Assembly: GCF_963921235.1 (NCBI RefSeq)
Contig: NC_086097.1
Coordinates: 169,014,001-169,078,000, forward strand
Reading direction: 5' to 3'
DNA from: Mobula hypostoma
Taxonomy: Eukaryota
DNA length: 64,000 bases
The notes under the pieces were generated by a model. The model saw only the letters and a list, made by a program, of their open reading frames with translations. It made no database searches and was not told the DNA's origin. This document shows, one piece after another, positions 49,553 through 62,166 of this stretch; position 1 is the first letter of the stretch, and each line of letters starts with the position of its first letter. The position numbers and the translations under genes were made by a program.

Positions 49553-51070
49553 TAGAACATAGAATAGTACAGCACAGTACAGTACAGGCCCTTCGGCCCA
49601 CAATGTTGTGCCGACCCTCAAACCCTGCCTCCCATATAACCCCCCACCTTAGATTCCTCCATATACCTGTCTAGTAGTCTCTTAAACTTCACTAGTGTAT
49701 CTGCCTCCACCAATGACTCAGGCAGTGCATACCACGCGCCAACCACTCTCTGAGTAAAAAACCTTCCTCTAATATCCCCCTTGAACTTCCCACCCCTTAC
49801 CTTAAAGCCCTGTCCTCTTGTATTGAGCAGTGGTGCCCTGGGGAAGAGGCACTGGCTATCCACTCTATCTATTCCTCTTATTATCTTGTACACCTCTATC
49901 ATGTCTCCTCTCATCATCCTTCTCTCCAAAGAGTAAAGCCCTAGCTCCCTTAATCTCTGATCATAATGCATACTTTCTAAACCAGGCAGCATCCTGGTAA
50001 ATCTCCTCTGTACCCTTTCCAATGCTTCCACATCCTTTCTATAGTGAGGTGACCAGAACTGGACACAGTACTCCAAGTGTGGCCTAACCAGAGTTTTATA
50101 GAGCTGCAACATTACATCACGACTCTTAAACTCTATCCCTCGACTTAGGAAAGCTAACACCCCATAAGCTTTCTTAACTACACTATCCACCTGTGAGGCA
50201 ACTTTCAGGGATCTGTGGACATGTACCCGAGATCCCTCTGCACCTCCACACTACCAAGTATCCTGCCATTTACTTTGTACTCTGCCTTGGAGTTTGTCCT
50301 TCCAAAGTGTACCACCTCACACTTCTCCAGGTTGAACTCCATCTGCCACTTCTCAGCCCACTTCTGCATCCTATCAATGTCTCTCTGCAATCTTTGACAA
50401 TCCTCTACACTATCTACAACACCACCAACCTCTGTGTCGTCTGCAAACTTGCCAACCCACCCTTCTACCCCCACATCCAGGTCATTAATAAAAATCACGA
50501 AAAGTAGAGGTTCCAGAACAGATCCTTGTGGGACACCACTAGTCACAATCCTCCAATCTGAATGTACTCCCTCCACCACCACCCTCTGCCCTCTGCAGGC
50601 AAGCCAATTCTGAATCCACCTGGCCAAACTTCCCTGGATCCCATGCCTTCTAACTTTCTGAATAAGCCTACCATGTGGAACCTTGTCAAATGCCTTACTA
50701 AAATCCATGTAGATCACATCCACTGCACTACCCTCATCTATATGCCTGGTCACCTCCACAAAGAACTCTATCAGGCTTGTTAGACACGATCTGCCCTTCA
50801 CAAAGCCATGCTGACTGTCCCTGATCAGACCATGATTCTCTAAATGCCTATATATCCTATCTCTAAGAATCTTTTCCAACAGCTTTCCCACCACAGACGT
50901 AAGGCTCACTGGTCTATAATTACCCGGACTATCCCTACTACCTTTTTTGAACAAGGGAACAACATTCGCCTCCCTCCAGTCCTCCGGTACCATTGCCGTG
51001 GACAACGAGGACATAAAGATCCTAGCCAGAGGCTCAGCAATTTTTCTCTCGCCTCGTGGAGCAGCCTGGG
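49553..51070 (-). mobile_element. Relatively young 5'-truncated CR1 with an almost intact RT
   Basis: ORFs 50205..51014 (269 aa; NYRPVSLTS, DFSKAFD, PQGSVL, KFADDT) and 49618..50190 (190 aa) are separated by an apparent single frameshift near 50215. Confidence 0.93.
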
Positions 51071-52102
51071 AGGAGACAGGGTGTTGGCTCAGAAGTGGAG
51101 ATCTGTGGGTAAACTGCCATTATGCCCTCAGTGGATGTGTTCTAGATTCCAAATGTATTCTGAATTCTTTTCTGCAAATTATTTTGATTTGCATTTATTT
51201 TCACCATATCCCTTCTCATGTTATTGAAATTGTCCTGGTTGGGGGATGGGGATGTGCAATTTGGCTGGATAATTTTTCCTCTTTCGGCACAATGGGATTG
51301 TGAAGAGTAGGTTATGATGTATTATTTCAATAAGTAATTAATATAGCAAATAGAGGAATGCATTGTGTATTTTATTTATTTGGAATTCAGAAGTCATTTG
51401 ATAAAATCCCTAACAAGAAATGAGTAGTTGAAATTAAACTCACAGAGTCGAAAATAAATTCACTGGAAAGAAAACAGACAGGGGTAAGGAGGCAAAAAGA
51501 TGGCAAAATTGGGCAGGTACTCAAATTGGCAAGACATGTCTATTATGCCTTACTATTATTAAGAATACTTATAAAACTTAAATCATGCAAAAGAATGTTA
51601 GATATCCAAGTTTGATTACGCCATAAAGATAAAAAGTCATTCTATGTAACACCTAGTAATGCAGCACAGAAACAGGCTATTTGGCCATCATAACCTATTT
51701 ATGCCAATTCCTATACGAATCCCACTGTATACTACTACTAATAGACACAGTAAGATCAACTTAGTAGTTGATTAAATTACCCAACTGAATGGGTTTAGAA
51801 CATGAGAGGAAACCAATCACTGGGATGATACCCATCCATTAGTCAGAGTACTACTACAACACAGGAACAGACCCTTCAGCCCATACATTCACAAGGAGAG
51901 TATGCTTGTGACACAGGCAGTGTGAAGATTTGGATTGTGTTGTACAGAGGAAAGTAAAAATGTAATAATGTAATGAATAGGCAAAACTGGCAAATAGATT
52001 TCAATGCACGTAAGTAAGTGAGAATTACAAAGGAGAAAAGCTTTCCAAATTGCAAAAAAATGGAAATCCAAAGGCTTTGCCCAGTGATATATCAGGTGAA
52101 AA

Positions 52103-53370
52103 GTTCAGGATAAATTTATTATTAAAGTACACATATGTCACCGTATACAACCCTGAGATTCATTTTCCTGTAGGCATTCACAATGAAAAAACACACGCAA
52201 GATGGACAAACAACAATGTGCAAAAGACAACAAACTGTACAATACAAAATGGAAATAAATAAATAACCAAAAAATATCAAGAACACGAGATGAAAAGTCC
52301 TTGACAGTGAGTCCATAAGCTGTGGGAACAGTGTAGTGTTGGAGCGAGTGAAGTTGAGTGATGTTATCCTCTATGGTTCAAGAGTCTGATCATTGAGGAG
52401 TAGTAACTCTTCTTTAACATGGCGGCATGAGTCCTGAAGCTCCTGTACTTTCTTCCTGATGGTAGCAGAGAGAAGACAGCACGATCTGGATGGTAGGGGT
52501 CCTTAATAATGGATGCTGCTTTCCAGGGACAGTGTTCCTTGTAGATATGCTCAAGGGTGGGGAGAACTTTCCCATGATGGACTGGGCTATATTGACTACT
52601 TCTTTTAGGCATTTTCATTCAAGGACATTTGTGTTTCCATACCAGGCAATGATGCAGCTAGTCATGCTACTCTCCACTGCACTTCTATAGTAGATCGTCA
52701 ATTTTTAGAAGACATGACGAATTTTTGCAAACTTCAAAGAAAGTAGAGGTACTGCTGTGCTTTCTTTGTAAAGGCACTTATGTGCTGGACCCAATACAGA
52801 TCCGCTGAAATGATAACACCAAGGAATTTAAAGTTGCTGACCCTATACACCTCTGATCCTTGATGAAAGCAGGCTCATAGACCTCCAGTTTCCTCCTTCT
52901 GTAATCAATAATCAGCTCCTTGGTCTTGCTGAAATTGATTGAGAGGTTCACTCAGCCAGATTACAATCTCCCTCTTATACGCTGATTCATCACTACCTTT
53001 GAGTCAGTCAACAACAGTGGTGTTGTCAGCAAACTTAAATGCAGCATTGAAGCTGTGCTTAGCTTCATAGTCATGAGTATAAAGTGACTAGAGCAGAGGG
53101 GCTAAGTACACAGCCTTGTGGTGCACCTGAGCTAATGATAATTGTAAAGGAGATGTTATGCCAATCCAAACAGACTGAGGAAAATGAGGATCCAGTTGCA
53201 CAAGGAAGTATTGAGGCTGTGGTCTTAGAGCTTATTGATTAATCTTGAGGGGTTGATAGTACTGAGTGTTGACAGTGAGATCTTCACTATCTCGGTGTTC
53301 CAGGGTTGAGTGAAGAGCCAATGAGCTGGCATCTGCTATTGACCAGTTGTGTTGGTAGGCAAACTGTTCC
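52103..53370 (-). mobile_element. Rex1/Babar LINE 3' portion, decayed
   Basis: Minus strand reads [19 protein letters not shown] and KFADNTT, plus KAASIIKDPYHP...LLPSGRKYRS. Confidence 0.82.
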
Positions 53371-53374
53371 ATAT

Positions 53375-55705
53375 GAACATTAGACATAGGAAATGAATTA
53401 GGCCATTCAGCCCATTGAGTCTGCTCCACCATTTCATCACGGCTGATGCCATATCCCACTCAACCCCACACACCTGCCTTCTTGCCATATTCTTTGATGC
53501 CCTGACCGATCAGGAAACATGCAACTTCCACTTTAAATGAACACAGACTTGGCCTCCACCACAGTCTCTGGCAGAGAAATCCACAGATTCACTACTCTCT
53601 GGCTAAAAAAAATTCCTCCTTAACTCTGTTCTAAAAGCTTGTCCCTCAATTTTGAGGCTGTGCCCTCTAGCTTGGATACCCCCACCATAGGAACCATTCT
53701 AGCCACATCCACCCTATCTGGTCCTTTCAACATTCATTAGGTTTCAATGAGATCCCTACGTATTCTCCTGAATTCCAGTGAGTACAGGTCCAAAGATGCC
53801 AAATACTCTGCATATGTTAACCCCTTCATTCCCAGAATCATCCAAGGCAACCAACTCTGGACTCTCCCCAATGACAACACATCGTTTCTGAGATATGGAG
53901 CATTGTAGGAAGTCATTCCTGCCTGTGGCCATCAAACTTTACAACTCCTCCCTTGGAGGGGCAGACATCCTGAGCCAATAGGCTGGTCCTGGACTTATTT
54001 CACAATTTACTGGTATAATTTACATAGTACTATTTAACTATTTATGGTTCTATTACTATTTATCATTTATGGAGCAACTGTAACAAAAACCAATTTCCCC
54101 CAAGATTAATAAAGTATGACTATGACTATGTTCTATCCCCCTTGAAATAAAAGCCAACATTGCATTTGCCTTCTTTACCACAGACTCAACTTATAAATTA
54201 ACCTTCTGGGAGTCTTGCAAAAGGACTCTTAAGTCCCTCTGTATATCTGATCTTTGAACCTTCTTCCCATTTAGATAACAGTCCACACTATTGTTCCTTT
54301 TGCCAAAGTACACTATCATACATTGCCCAGCACTGTATTCCATCTGTCACTATTTTGCCCATTCTTCCAATTTGGCTAAGTCCTGCTGGAACCACGTTGC
54401 TTCCTCAGCACCACCTACTTCTCCACCTATTTTTGTATCATCCACAAACTTTGCCACAAAGCCAACTCCATTATCCAAATCACAGATAAACAATATGAAA
54501 AATCTCTGAGGAATACCACCTGTCACCGGCAGCCAAACAGAACAGGCCCCCTTTTATTCCCATTTACTGACTCCTGCCTGTCAGCCATTCCTCTATCCAT
54601 GCCAATATCTTTCCTGTAATGCTACAGGATTTTATCTTGTTAAGCAACCTCATGTACCCAACCAAATACCTTCTGAAAATCCAAGTAAATGACATCCACT
54701 GCCTTTCCTTTGTCCACCCTGCTTGTTACTTCCTTGAAGAACTCTAGCAGATCCGTCAGGCAAGATTTTCCTTTACATAAACCATGCTGACTTTGACTTA
54801 TTTTATCATTAGTCTCCAAGTACGCCAAAACCTCATCCCTTAAGAATAGACTCCAACACTTTCACAGCCTCTGAGGTTAGGCTAATTGGCCTATAATTTC
54901 TTTTCTTTTGGAGTTACATTTGCAATCTTCCAGTCCTCTGGAACCATACCAGAATCAAGTGATTCTTGAAAGATCATGACCAATGCATCCGTTATCTCTT
55001 CAGCAACCTCTCTCAAGACTCTGGGATATAGTCCATCTGGTCCAGGTGACATCCATCTTAAGACCTTTGAGGTTGCCTAGCACTTTTTCCTTTTCCTTTT
55101 TTTTAGATTATGAGGACACTCAGTCCTCGTTTATTGTCATTTATTATCACTTGTCAAGAGATTTTACTAGCTCTTCCTTTAGTTAGTCCTGACGAAGGGT
55201 CTCGGCCCAAAACGTCGACTGTAGCTCTTCCTAGAGATGCTGCCTGGCCTGCTGCGTTCACCAGCAACTTTGATGTGTGTTATGTACGGCACCCTACTTG
55301 ACAAATAACAGACATCACCACCAGAGAGGCCACTGTGAGCTGCGTTGCGCCGCCATCTTCTCCTCCTGCCTATTGTATTAGTATTAGCAATGGCACTCAC
55401 TCCTGTTCCCTGACACTTACTGACCTCTGGCACACTGCTAGTATCTTCCACAGTGAAGACAGATGAAAAGTATCCATTAAGTTCATCTGCCATTTCTTTG
55501 TCCCCAATTACTACCTCACTAGCATCATTTTCCAGTGGTCTAATATCAACTCTCACCTCCCTTTTATTCTATATATAACTGAAAAAACTTTTAGTATCCT
55601 GCATTATATTTTTGGCTAGTTTGCCTTCATATTTCATCTTTTCCCTTCTTATAGCTTTATTAGTTGCCTTTTGATGGATTTTAAAAGCTTCCCAATCATC
55701 CAAGT
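53375..55705 (-). mobile_element. CR1 LINE with nested insertions (Rex1 tail about 53900-54130; composite 55095-55370)
   Basis: ORFs 54640..54828 (SCLTDLLEFF) and 55179..55556 (EMADELNGYFSSVFT). Confidence 0.85.
55160..55280 (+). mobile_element. PLE terminal-repeat fragment with a hammerhead motif, inside a short non-autonomous element (55095-55370, minus)
   Basis: TAGTC-CTGACGA(55189-55195)-AGGGTCTCGGCCC-AAAA-CGTC-GACTG. The host element has AAGATGGCGG at its 5' end and a tgacaataaa tail. Confidence 0.75.
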
Positions 55706-55829
55706 CGCTCCTCAGATAAGAATTGATATGTTTCATCAACAACCTCTGAAAGAAAGCAAGTAAAGTAACAAAAATGCTAACAGAATGAAGGCTTCAGCAA
55801 CTAGAGTTTTTTTTAATCTATTATGTTTA

Positions 55830-57222
55830 TATAAAGTAGAGATAGCCCAGGAAATTATAGACCAGTGAGTCTTACTTCAGTGGTTGGTAAGGTGATGGAG
55901 AAGATCCTGAGAGGCATGATTTATGAACATTTGGAGAGGCATAATATGATTAGGAATAGTCAGCATGGCTTTGTCAAAGGCAGGTCGTGCCTTACGAGCC
56001 TGATTGAATTTTTTGAAGATGTGACCAAACACGTTGATGAAGGTAGAGCAGTAGATGTAGTGTATACAGATTTCAACAAGGCATTTGACAAGGTACCCCA
56101 TGCAAGACTTATTGAGAAAGTAAGGAGGCATGGGATCCAAGGGGAACTTGCTTTGTGGATCTAGAACTGGCTTGCCAACAGAAGGCAAAGAGTGGTTGTA
56201 GAGGGGTCATATTCTGCATGGAGGTTGGTCACCAGTGGTGTGCCTCAGAGATCTGTTTGGGACCCCTACTCTTCATGATTTTTATAAATGACCTAGATGA
56301 AGAAGTAGAGGGATTGGTTAGTAAATTTGCTGATGACACAAAGGTTGGAGGTATTGTGGATAGTGTGGAGGGCCGTCAGAGGTTACAGTGGGACATTGAG
56401 AGGATGCAAAACTGGGCTGAGAGGAGGCAGATGGATTTCAACCCAGATAAGTGTGAGGTGGTTCATTTTGGTAGGTCAAATATGATGGCAGAAAGTAGTA
56501 GAAGAAGACTCTTGGCAGTGTGGAGGATCAGAGGGACCTTGGGGTCCAGATCCATAGGATACTCAAAGCTGCTGCGCAGGTTGACTTTGTGGTTAAGAAA
56601 GCATATGGTGCATTGGCCTTCATCAATCGTGGGATTGGGTTTAGGAGCCGAGAGGTAATGTTGCAGCTATATAGGACCCTAGTCAGGCCCCACTTGGAGT
56701 ACTGTGCTCAGTTCTGATCGCCACATTATAGGAAGGATGTGGAAACCATAGAAAGAGTGCAGAGGTGATTTTCAAGGATATTGCCTGGAATGAGGAGCAT
56801 GCCATATGAGAATAGGTAGAGTGAACTCAGCCTTTCTTCCTTGGAGCGACAGAGGATGACAGGTGACCTGAAAGAGGTGTATAAGATAATGAGAGGCATT
56901 GATCATGTGGGTAGTTAGAGGCTTTTTCCCAGGGCTGGAATGGCTAGCACAAGAGGGCACAGTTTTAAGGTGCTTGGAAGTAGGTACAGAGGAGATGTCA
57001 GGGAAGTTTTTTTACGCAGAGAGTGGTGAGTGCGTGGAATGGGTGGTGGAGGTAGATACGATAGGGTCTTTTAAGATACTCCTGGACAGATACATGGAGC
57101 TCAGTAAAATAGAGGGCTATGGGTAACCGTAGGTAATTTCTAAGGTAAGGACATGTTCAGCACAGCTTTGGGGGCCAAATGGCCTGTATTATGCTGTAGG
57201 TTTTCTATGTTTCTGTCTTTCT
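55830..57222 (+). mobile_element. 5'-truncated CR1 (RT plus 3' UTR)
   Basis: ORFs 55865..56164, 56155..56658 and 56520..56717; tail ttttctatgtttctgtctttcta. Confidence 0.9.
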
Positions 57223-58584
57223 AAAGAACTGGTAATCCAACTATGGGTAATTCAATTTCAATTCAATTGTCATTCAGCCATATGCATATCTACCATGAAA
57301 CAAAACAACGTTCCTCTGGATTAAGGTGCACAACACAGTACATTTAACTCACACAAAACACAAAGTAATATTACTACAAATAAATTAACAATTAATAAGA
57401 TGCACTTATGACATTCTATTACAAGAATCTGCAACGATTTTTGCCTTTAGACATTAGACAATATAAATAAGAAGCAGAATTAAGCCATTTGGCCTAGTTA
57501 AAGAGAATGTGATGATGTTGGATGAGTTACAAAGTAGATTTATGAGAATTATCTCCAGTCATGACGTTGCATTATTAGACGCCTGTATCACCTCAAGGCA
57601 CATTCTTATAAACTTAATGGAGACTATCCTTCAAGCCAGGAATCACTGAAGGTAACAGAAGCAAATGCCACCCGGATTTCAATCTTTTATTTGTTCAGAG
57701 TTTAAAGAAAAAAGATCATGACAATTAAAACAACAACACATGAAGCTCAAGAAATACAAAGAAAAAGGTAGAAATCATCACAGAAAGATCATATAATGAT
57801 TACTTTTGTCTGGGAAACCATCTGCTGCAAAAGGACAAGTTTACAATACTGACCAGATTCACTAATTTTGAATTGTGATGGTCAAAATTATTAATAACAG
57901 TGGGGCTTGCTCCTCCTTAACCTTTGATAAGACCCACAAACCACAAAATACTGAAAGAAAATTGGGAAAGCATAGTACAAACACATACTATGAGACTTGA
58001 CTCCTGTTATAAAAAAATTGGTGATGTCTTCCATTTATCAGTAGAGAGCAGTATTCCAATCTCTGGGAAATGCAAAAAGGATAGATATCACAGAAAAATC
58101 CTGAGTGTGCAAGTAAAAATTGAGGAATATTTAATGACAAGAAGCAATTTTCTGAGTTTTAACAATTTTTTACCTCATCCAAGAAAACTAATCTACTCCA
58201 TATTTAGAAAATATAAGAAATAGCATTCTGAAGCAAGATTTGCCTTCCTTCAAAAAATGCGTGACTTGTATAATTCAGGAGAATGTCTTCAAAACATGGT
58301 GCAAGATTACCTAAACAAAACAGACATTAAAGTTTTCTAAAAGGTACTTTTTCTCAAAACGACTTTCTGCCCCAGAAGATAACATAGAAGATAACAAATT
58401 CTAATTCTGTGAAAGCTTGAACAGAAGTGAAGATCTCAAATTTCAGTAAAATACCATATTTTGCTTTGCAAAACTTTCTCCTGAAACTATGAAATCATGC
58501 CTCAACTGATTTTACCCAAAATTCATTTTGGCTACAGGAAAACAAATTTTCTGAAAGGTGACACATTTACTTTTTCATTTAGAA

Positions 58585-58660
58585 CAGGGATTCCCAACCT
58601 TCTTTTATGCCATGGACCCCAACCATTAACAGTCCACAGACCTCAGTCTGGGAACCCCTG
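58585..58660. mobile_element. 76-bp hAT (Charlie/Buster-type) MITE
   Basis: Termini CAGGGATTCCCA and TGGGAACCCCTG (11/12). Perfect 8-bp TSD ATTTAGAA (58577-58584 and 58661-58668) with central TA. Confidence 0.85.
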
Positions 58661-60049
58661 ATTTAGAACTATGCTATTCGTAACACATCAAATACTTTGA
58701 CACTTAAGATACCTGCAATTAAAATCTAACAACACAACTGCTTTGTCACACAGAATTCATATGCAAATTCAAAGTATGTATCAAACCAGAAGACAAAATA
58801 ATTGTGAATACATGTTTTTACTCAAAGCTCAAAATGTATATTCACATATGCTTTATATCTTACATATATATCAATAATCTTCCACTAAAATTTTAATGCC
58901 TTATTTCTTAAATAATCAATGGTTCTCATTTTTTATTAGACAATGATTATAACCTGCCACATTACTAGCGTTCAGAATTTAAACCACCAAGTCCTTCTTA
59001 ACAGATAACTTCAACCATATGCAAAGCAGGATTATTGATAATATGCGGTAGTGAATGCAGGAAAAGAAAATAATTTCATGTATCAGCTATTTTATTTATC
59101 TTCCTCTCTTTCGTACCTAATACCTAATGCTGAAACACATTTGTCCTCCTTGTAGTGAGACTCATAAAGTATTTTTAAAAAAACAGCCCCTAAGCTGTGT
59201 GCCAGGGCAATGAGAGATAAGTAAGGCACTGGTATGAGGAGTTTTATAAAATTGTGTGGTAGTTATTCAGGTCATCATGCCTGTGCTGGTTCTTTGAAAT
59301 AGCTACATTATCAAATCTGGTTCTGCACCTTATTCCTTTCCCTTAACCTTCCAAATCTTCAAGTATATGCTCAATCTCCTTTTGAAAAAGTTACTTGTAA
59401 TTGGATAACTTTGTATATTCACATAGTACATTCTAAGTTTTAACAATTTCCTGGGGTGGGGTGGGGTAAAAAGCTTCTTTTCCCTTCTTGTTAAAACAGA
59501 ACTATACATGTGACAAACTAGTAGGGAATGCTGCCTCTCCCGACTGCTCTGCCATTCAATAAGACTGGGTACTACTGTGCCTCATCTACTTTTCTGTTTA
59601 ATTTCCACATTATTTAACTATTCTCATTTCTACTTATTTGACAAATTACTTCAAATCTAAGGACTGTGGCTTACAGTCTGTCTGAAAGAGGAAACAGATT
59701 AATTCTGCCTATATGCACTGTGTGATAATGCAGAAATACAGAAGGACCACAAGAAGATGAAGTCCCCTTAATTATTAATTCCCTAACAACCTGCCAGTGG
59801 GCGTTAAGTATTAATCAGCTGAATTATTTCCATTCTGAACAAGTAGATCAAAACAAATTTGATGCAACTACATAAACTTCTGTAGCCTATGCTGTAAAAT
59901 GTTTCATTGAAATACTATCCATATGAATAATAGGTTTTGACTTAACCCATGGCCAACACATAGGCTACTCTTTAACTCATGTTGAAGTTTTTCTCACATT
60001 GCAAACAGGTAATTGACTTGACTACCTTAACCTAACTCCATTTGTATAT

Positions 60050-62166
60050 AAGACCATTAGACCATAAAATATACGAGCAGAATTAGGCCATTTGGCCCAT
60101 TGAGTTTGCTCCACATTTCATCATCGCTGATCCATTTCCCTCTCAGCTCCAATCTCCTGCCTTCTCCCTGTATCTCTTCATGCCATGACTAATCAAGAAT
60201 GTATCAACCTCTGCCTTAAATATACCCACTGACTTTGCATCCATAGCTGCCTGTGGCAACAAACCACTCTCTAGCTAAAGAAGTTTCTCCTCATCTCCGT
60301 TTCAAATGGACATCCCTCTTTTCTGAGGCTGTGTCCTCTGGTCTTAGACTCCACCACCGAAGGAAACATCTTTTTCACATCCACTCTATCGAGGCTTTTC
60401 AACATTCAATAGGTTTCAAGGAGATCCCCACTCATTCTTCTGAATTTCAGTAAGTACAGGCCCAGAGCCATCAAATGCTCCTCTTATGATAAGCCTTTCA
60501 ATCCCAGAATCATTTTTGTGAGCCTCCTTTGAATCCTCTCCAATGTCAGCACATCCTTTCTTAGATAAAGGGCCCAGAACTGCTCAGAATACTCTAAATG
60601 GGGCCACACCAGTGCTTCATAAAGCCTCCACATTGCATCCTGCTTTGGTATTCTAGTCCTCTAGAAATGAATGTTAACATTGCATTTGCCTTCCTCACCA
60701 CTGACTCAGCCTGTAAATCAACCTTTAGGGAATCCTGCATGAGGACTCCCAAGACCCTTTGCACATCAGATTTTTGAATTTTTTCTCCATTTAAAAAGTA
60801 TTTTTCTCTTTTATTTCTTCTACCAAAATGCATGACCATACACTTTGTGACACTGTATTACATCTGCCACTTCTTTGCCCATTCTCCTAAGCTGTCTAAG
60901 CCCTTCCATAGCACTTTGCTTCCTCAACATTACATGTCCCTCAACCTATCTTTGCATCATCTGCAAGCTTGCCCACAAAGCCAACAATTTCAATATAACA
61001 TAAAAAGCAGTCATAACACAGACCCCTGTGGAACACCACTAATCACCGACAGCCAACGAGAAAGGGCTCCCTTTGTCCCAACATATTGCCTTCTGTCAAT
61101 CAACCAGTGCTCTATCCATGCTAGAATCTTTCCTGCAATACCATGGACTCCTAACTTGTTAAGCAGCCTCATGTGTAGCACCTTGTTAAAGGCCTTCTGA
61201 AAATCCAAGAACACAACATCCACCAATTTTCCTTTGTCTAGCCCACTTGTTATTTCTTTAAATAATTTATTTGTCAGACAAGATTTTCCCTTAAGTAAAC
61301 TATGCTGACTTTGGCATATTTTATCATGTGCCTCCAAGTAGCCTGAAACCTCTTCCTTAACAATTGACTCCAACATCTTCCCAACAACTGACTAACTGGT
61401 CTATACTTTTCTTTCTTCTACCTCTCTCCTTTCTTGAAGAAAGGAGTGATATTTACAGTTTTCCAGTCCAACAGAACCATAACAGGATACATTGATTCTT
61501 GAAAGATTATTACTAATGCCTCCACAATCTCTTCAGCCACCTCTTTCAAACACTGGAGTGTAGACCATCTGGTCCAGGCTAATTATCTACCTTCAGCTCT
61601 TTCTGATTCCTGAGCACCATATGCCTGGCAATGGCAACGTCATACACTTCTGACACCTGACACTCAGGAACATCCACTGTACTGCTAGTGTCTTAAAACA
61701 GTGAAGACTGATGCAAAATACTTATTCAGTTCATCTGCCATTTCCCTGTCCCCCATTACTACCTCCAGAGCATCAGTTTCCAGTGGTCCAATATCTACTC
61801 TCACCTCTCTTTTACACCTTTATAATATTGGGAGAAACTTTTGGTATCCTATTCAATACAATTAGCTAGCTTACCTTCGTATTCCTACTTTTCCTTCTTT
61901 ATGATCACAATATGATTGAGTTCAACTTGAAATTTGATAGGGAGAAAGTAAAATCTGACATAGCAGTATTTCAATGGAGTAAAGGAAATTACAGTGGTAT
62001 AAGAGAGGAGTTGGCCAAAGTAAATTGGAAGGAGATGCTGGCAGAGAGGACAACAAAACAGAAACGGTATGAGTTTCTGGGAAAAAAATGAGGAAGGTTC
62101 AGGATAGATGCATTCCAAAAGCAAATAAATACTCAAATAGCAAAATAGTACAACAGTGGTTGACAA
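60050..62166 (-). mobile_element. CR1 LINE (minus, 60050-61900) with an adjoining inverted upstream segment (plus, about 61901-62166)
   Basis: ORFs 61011..61376 and 60594..60839. The plus-strand segment translates DHNMIEFNLKFDREK...QQWLTR. Confidence 0.82.
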
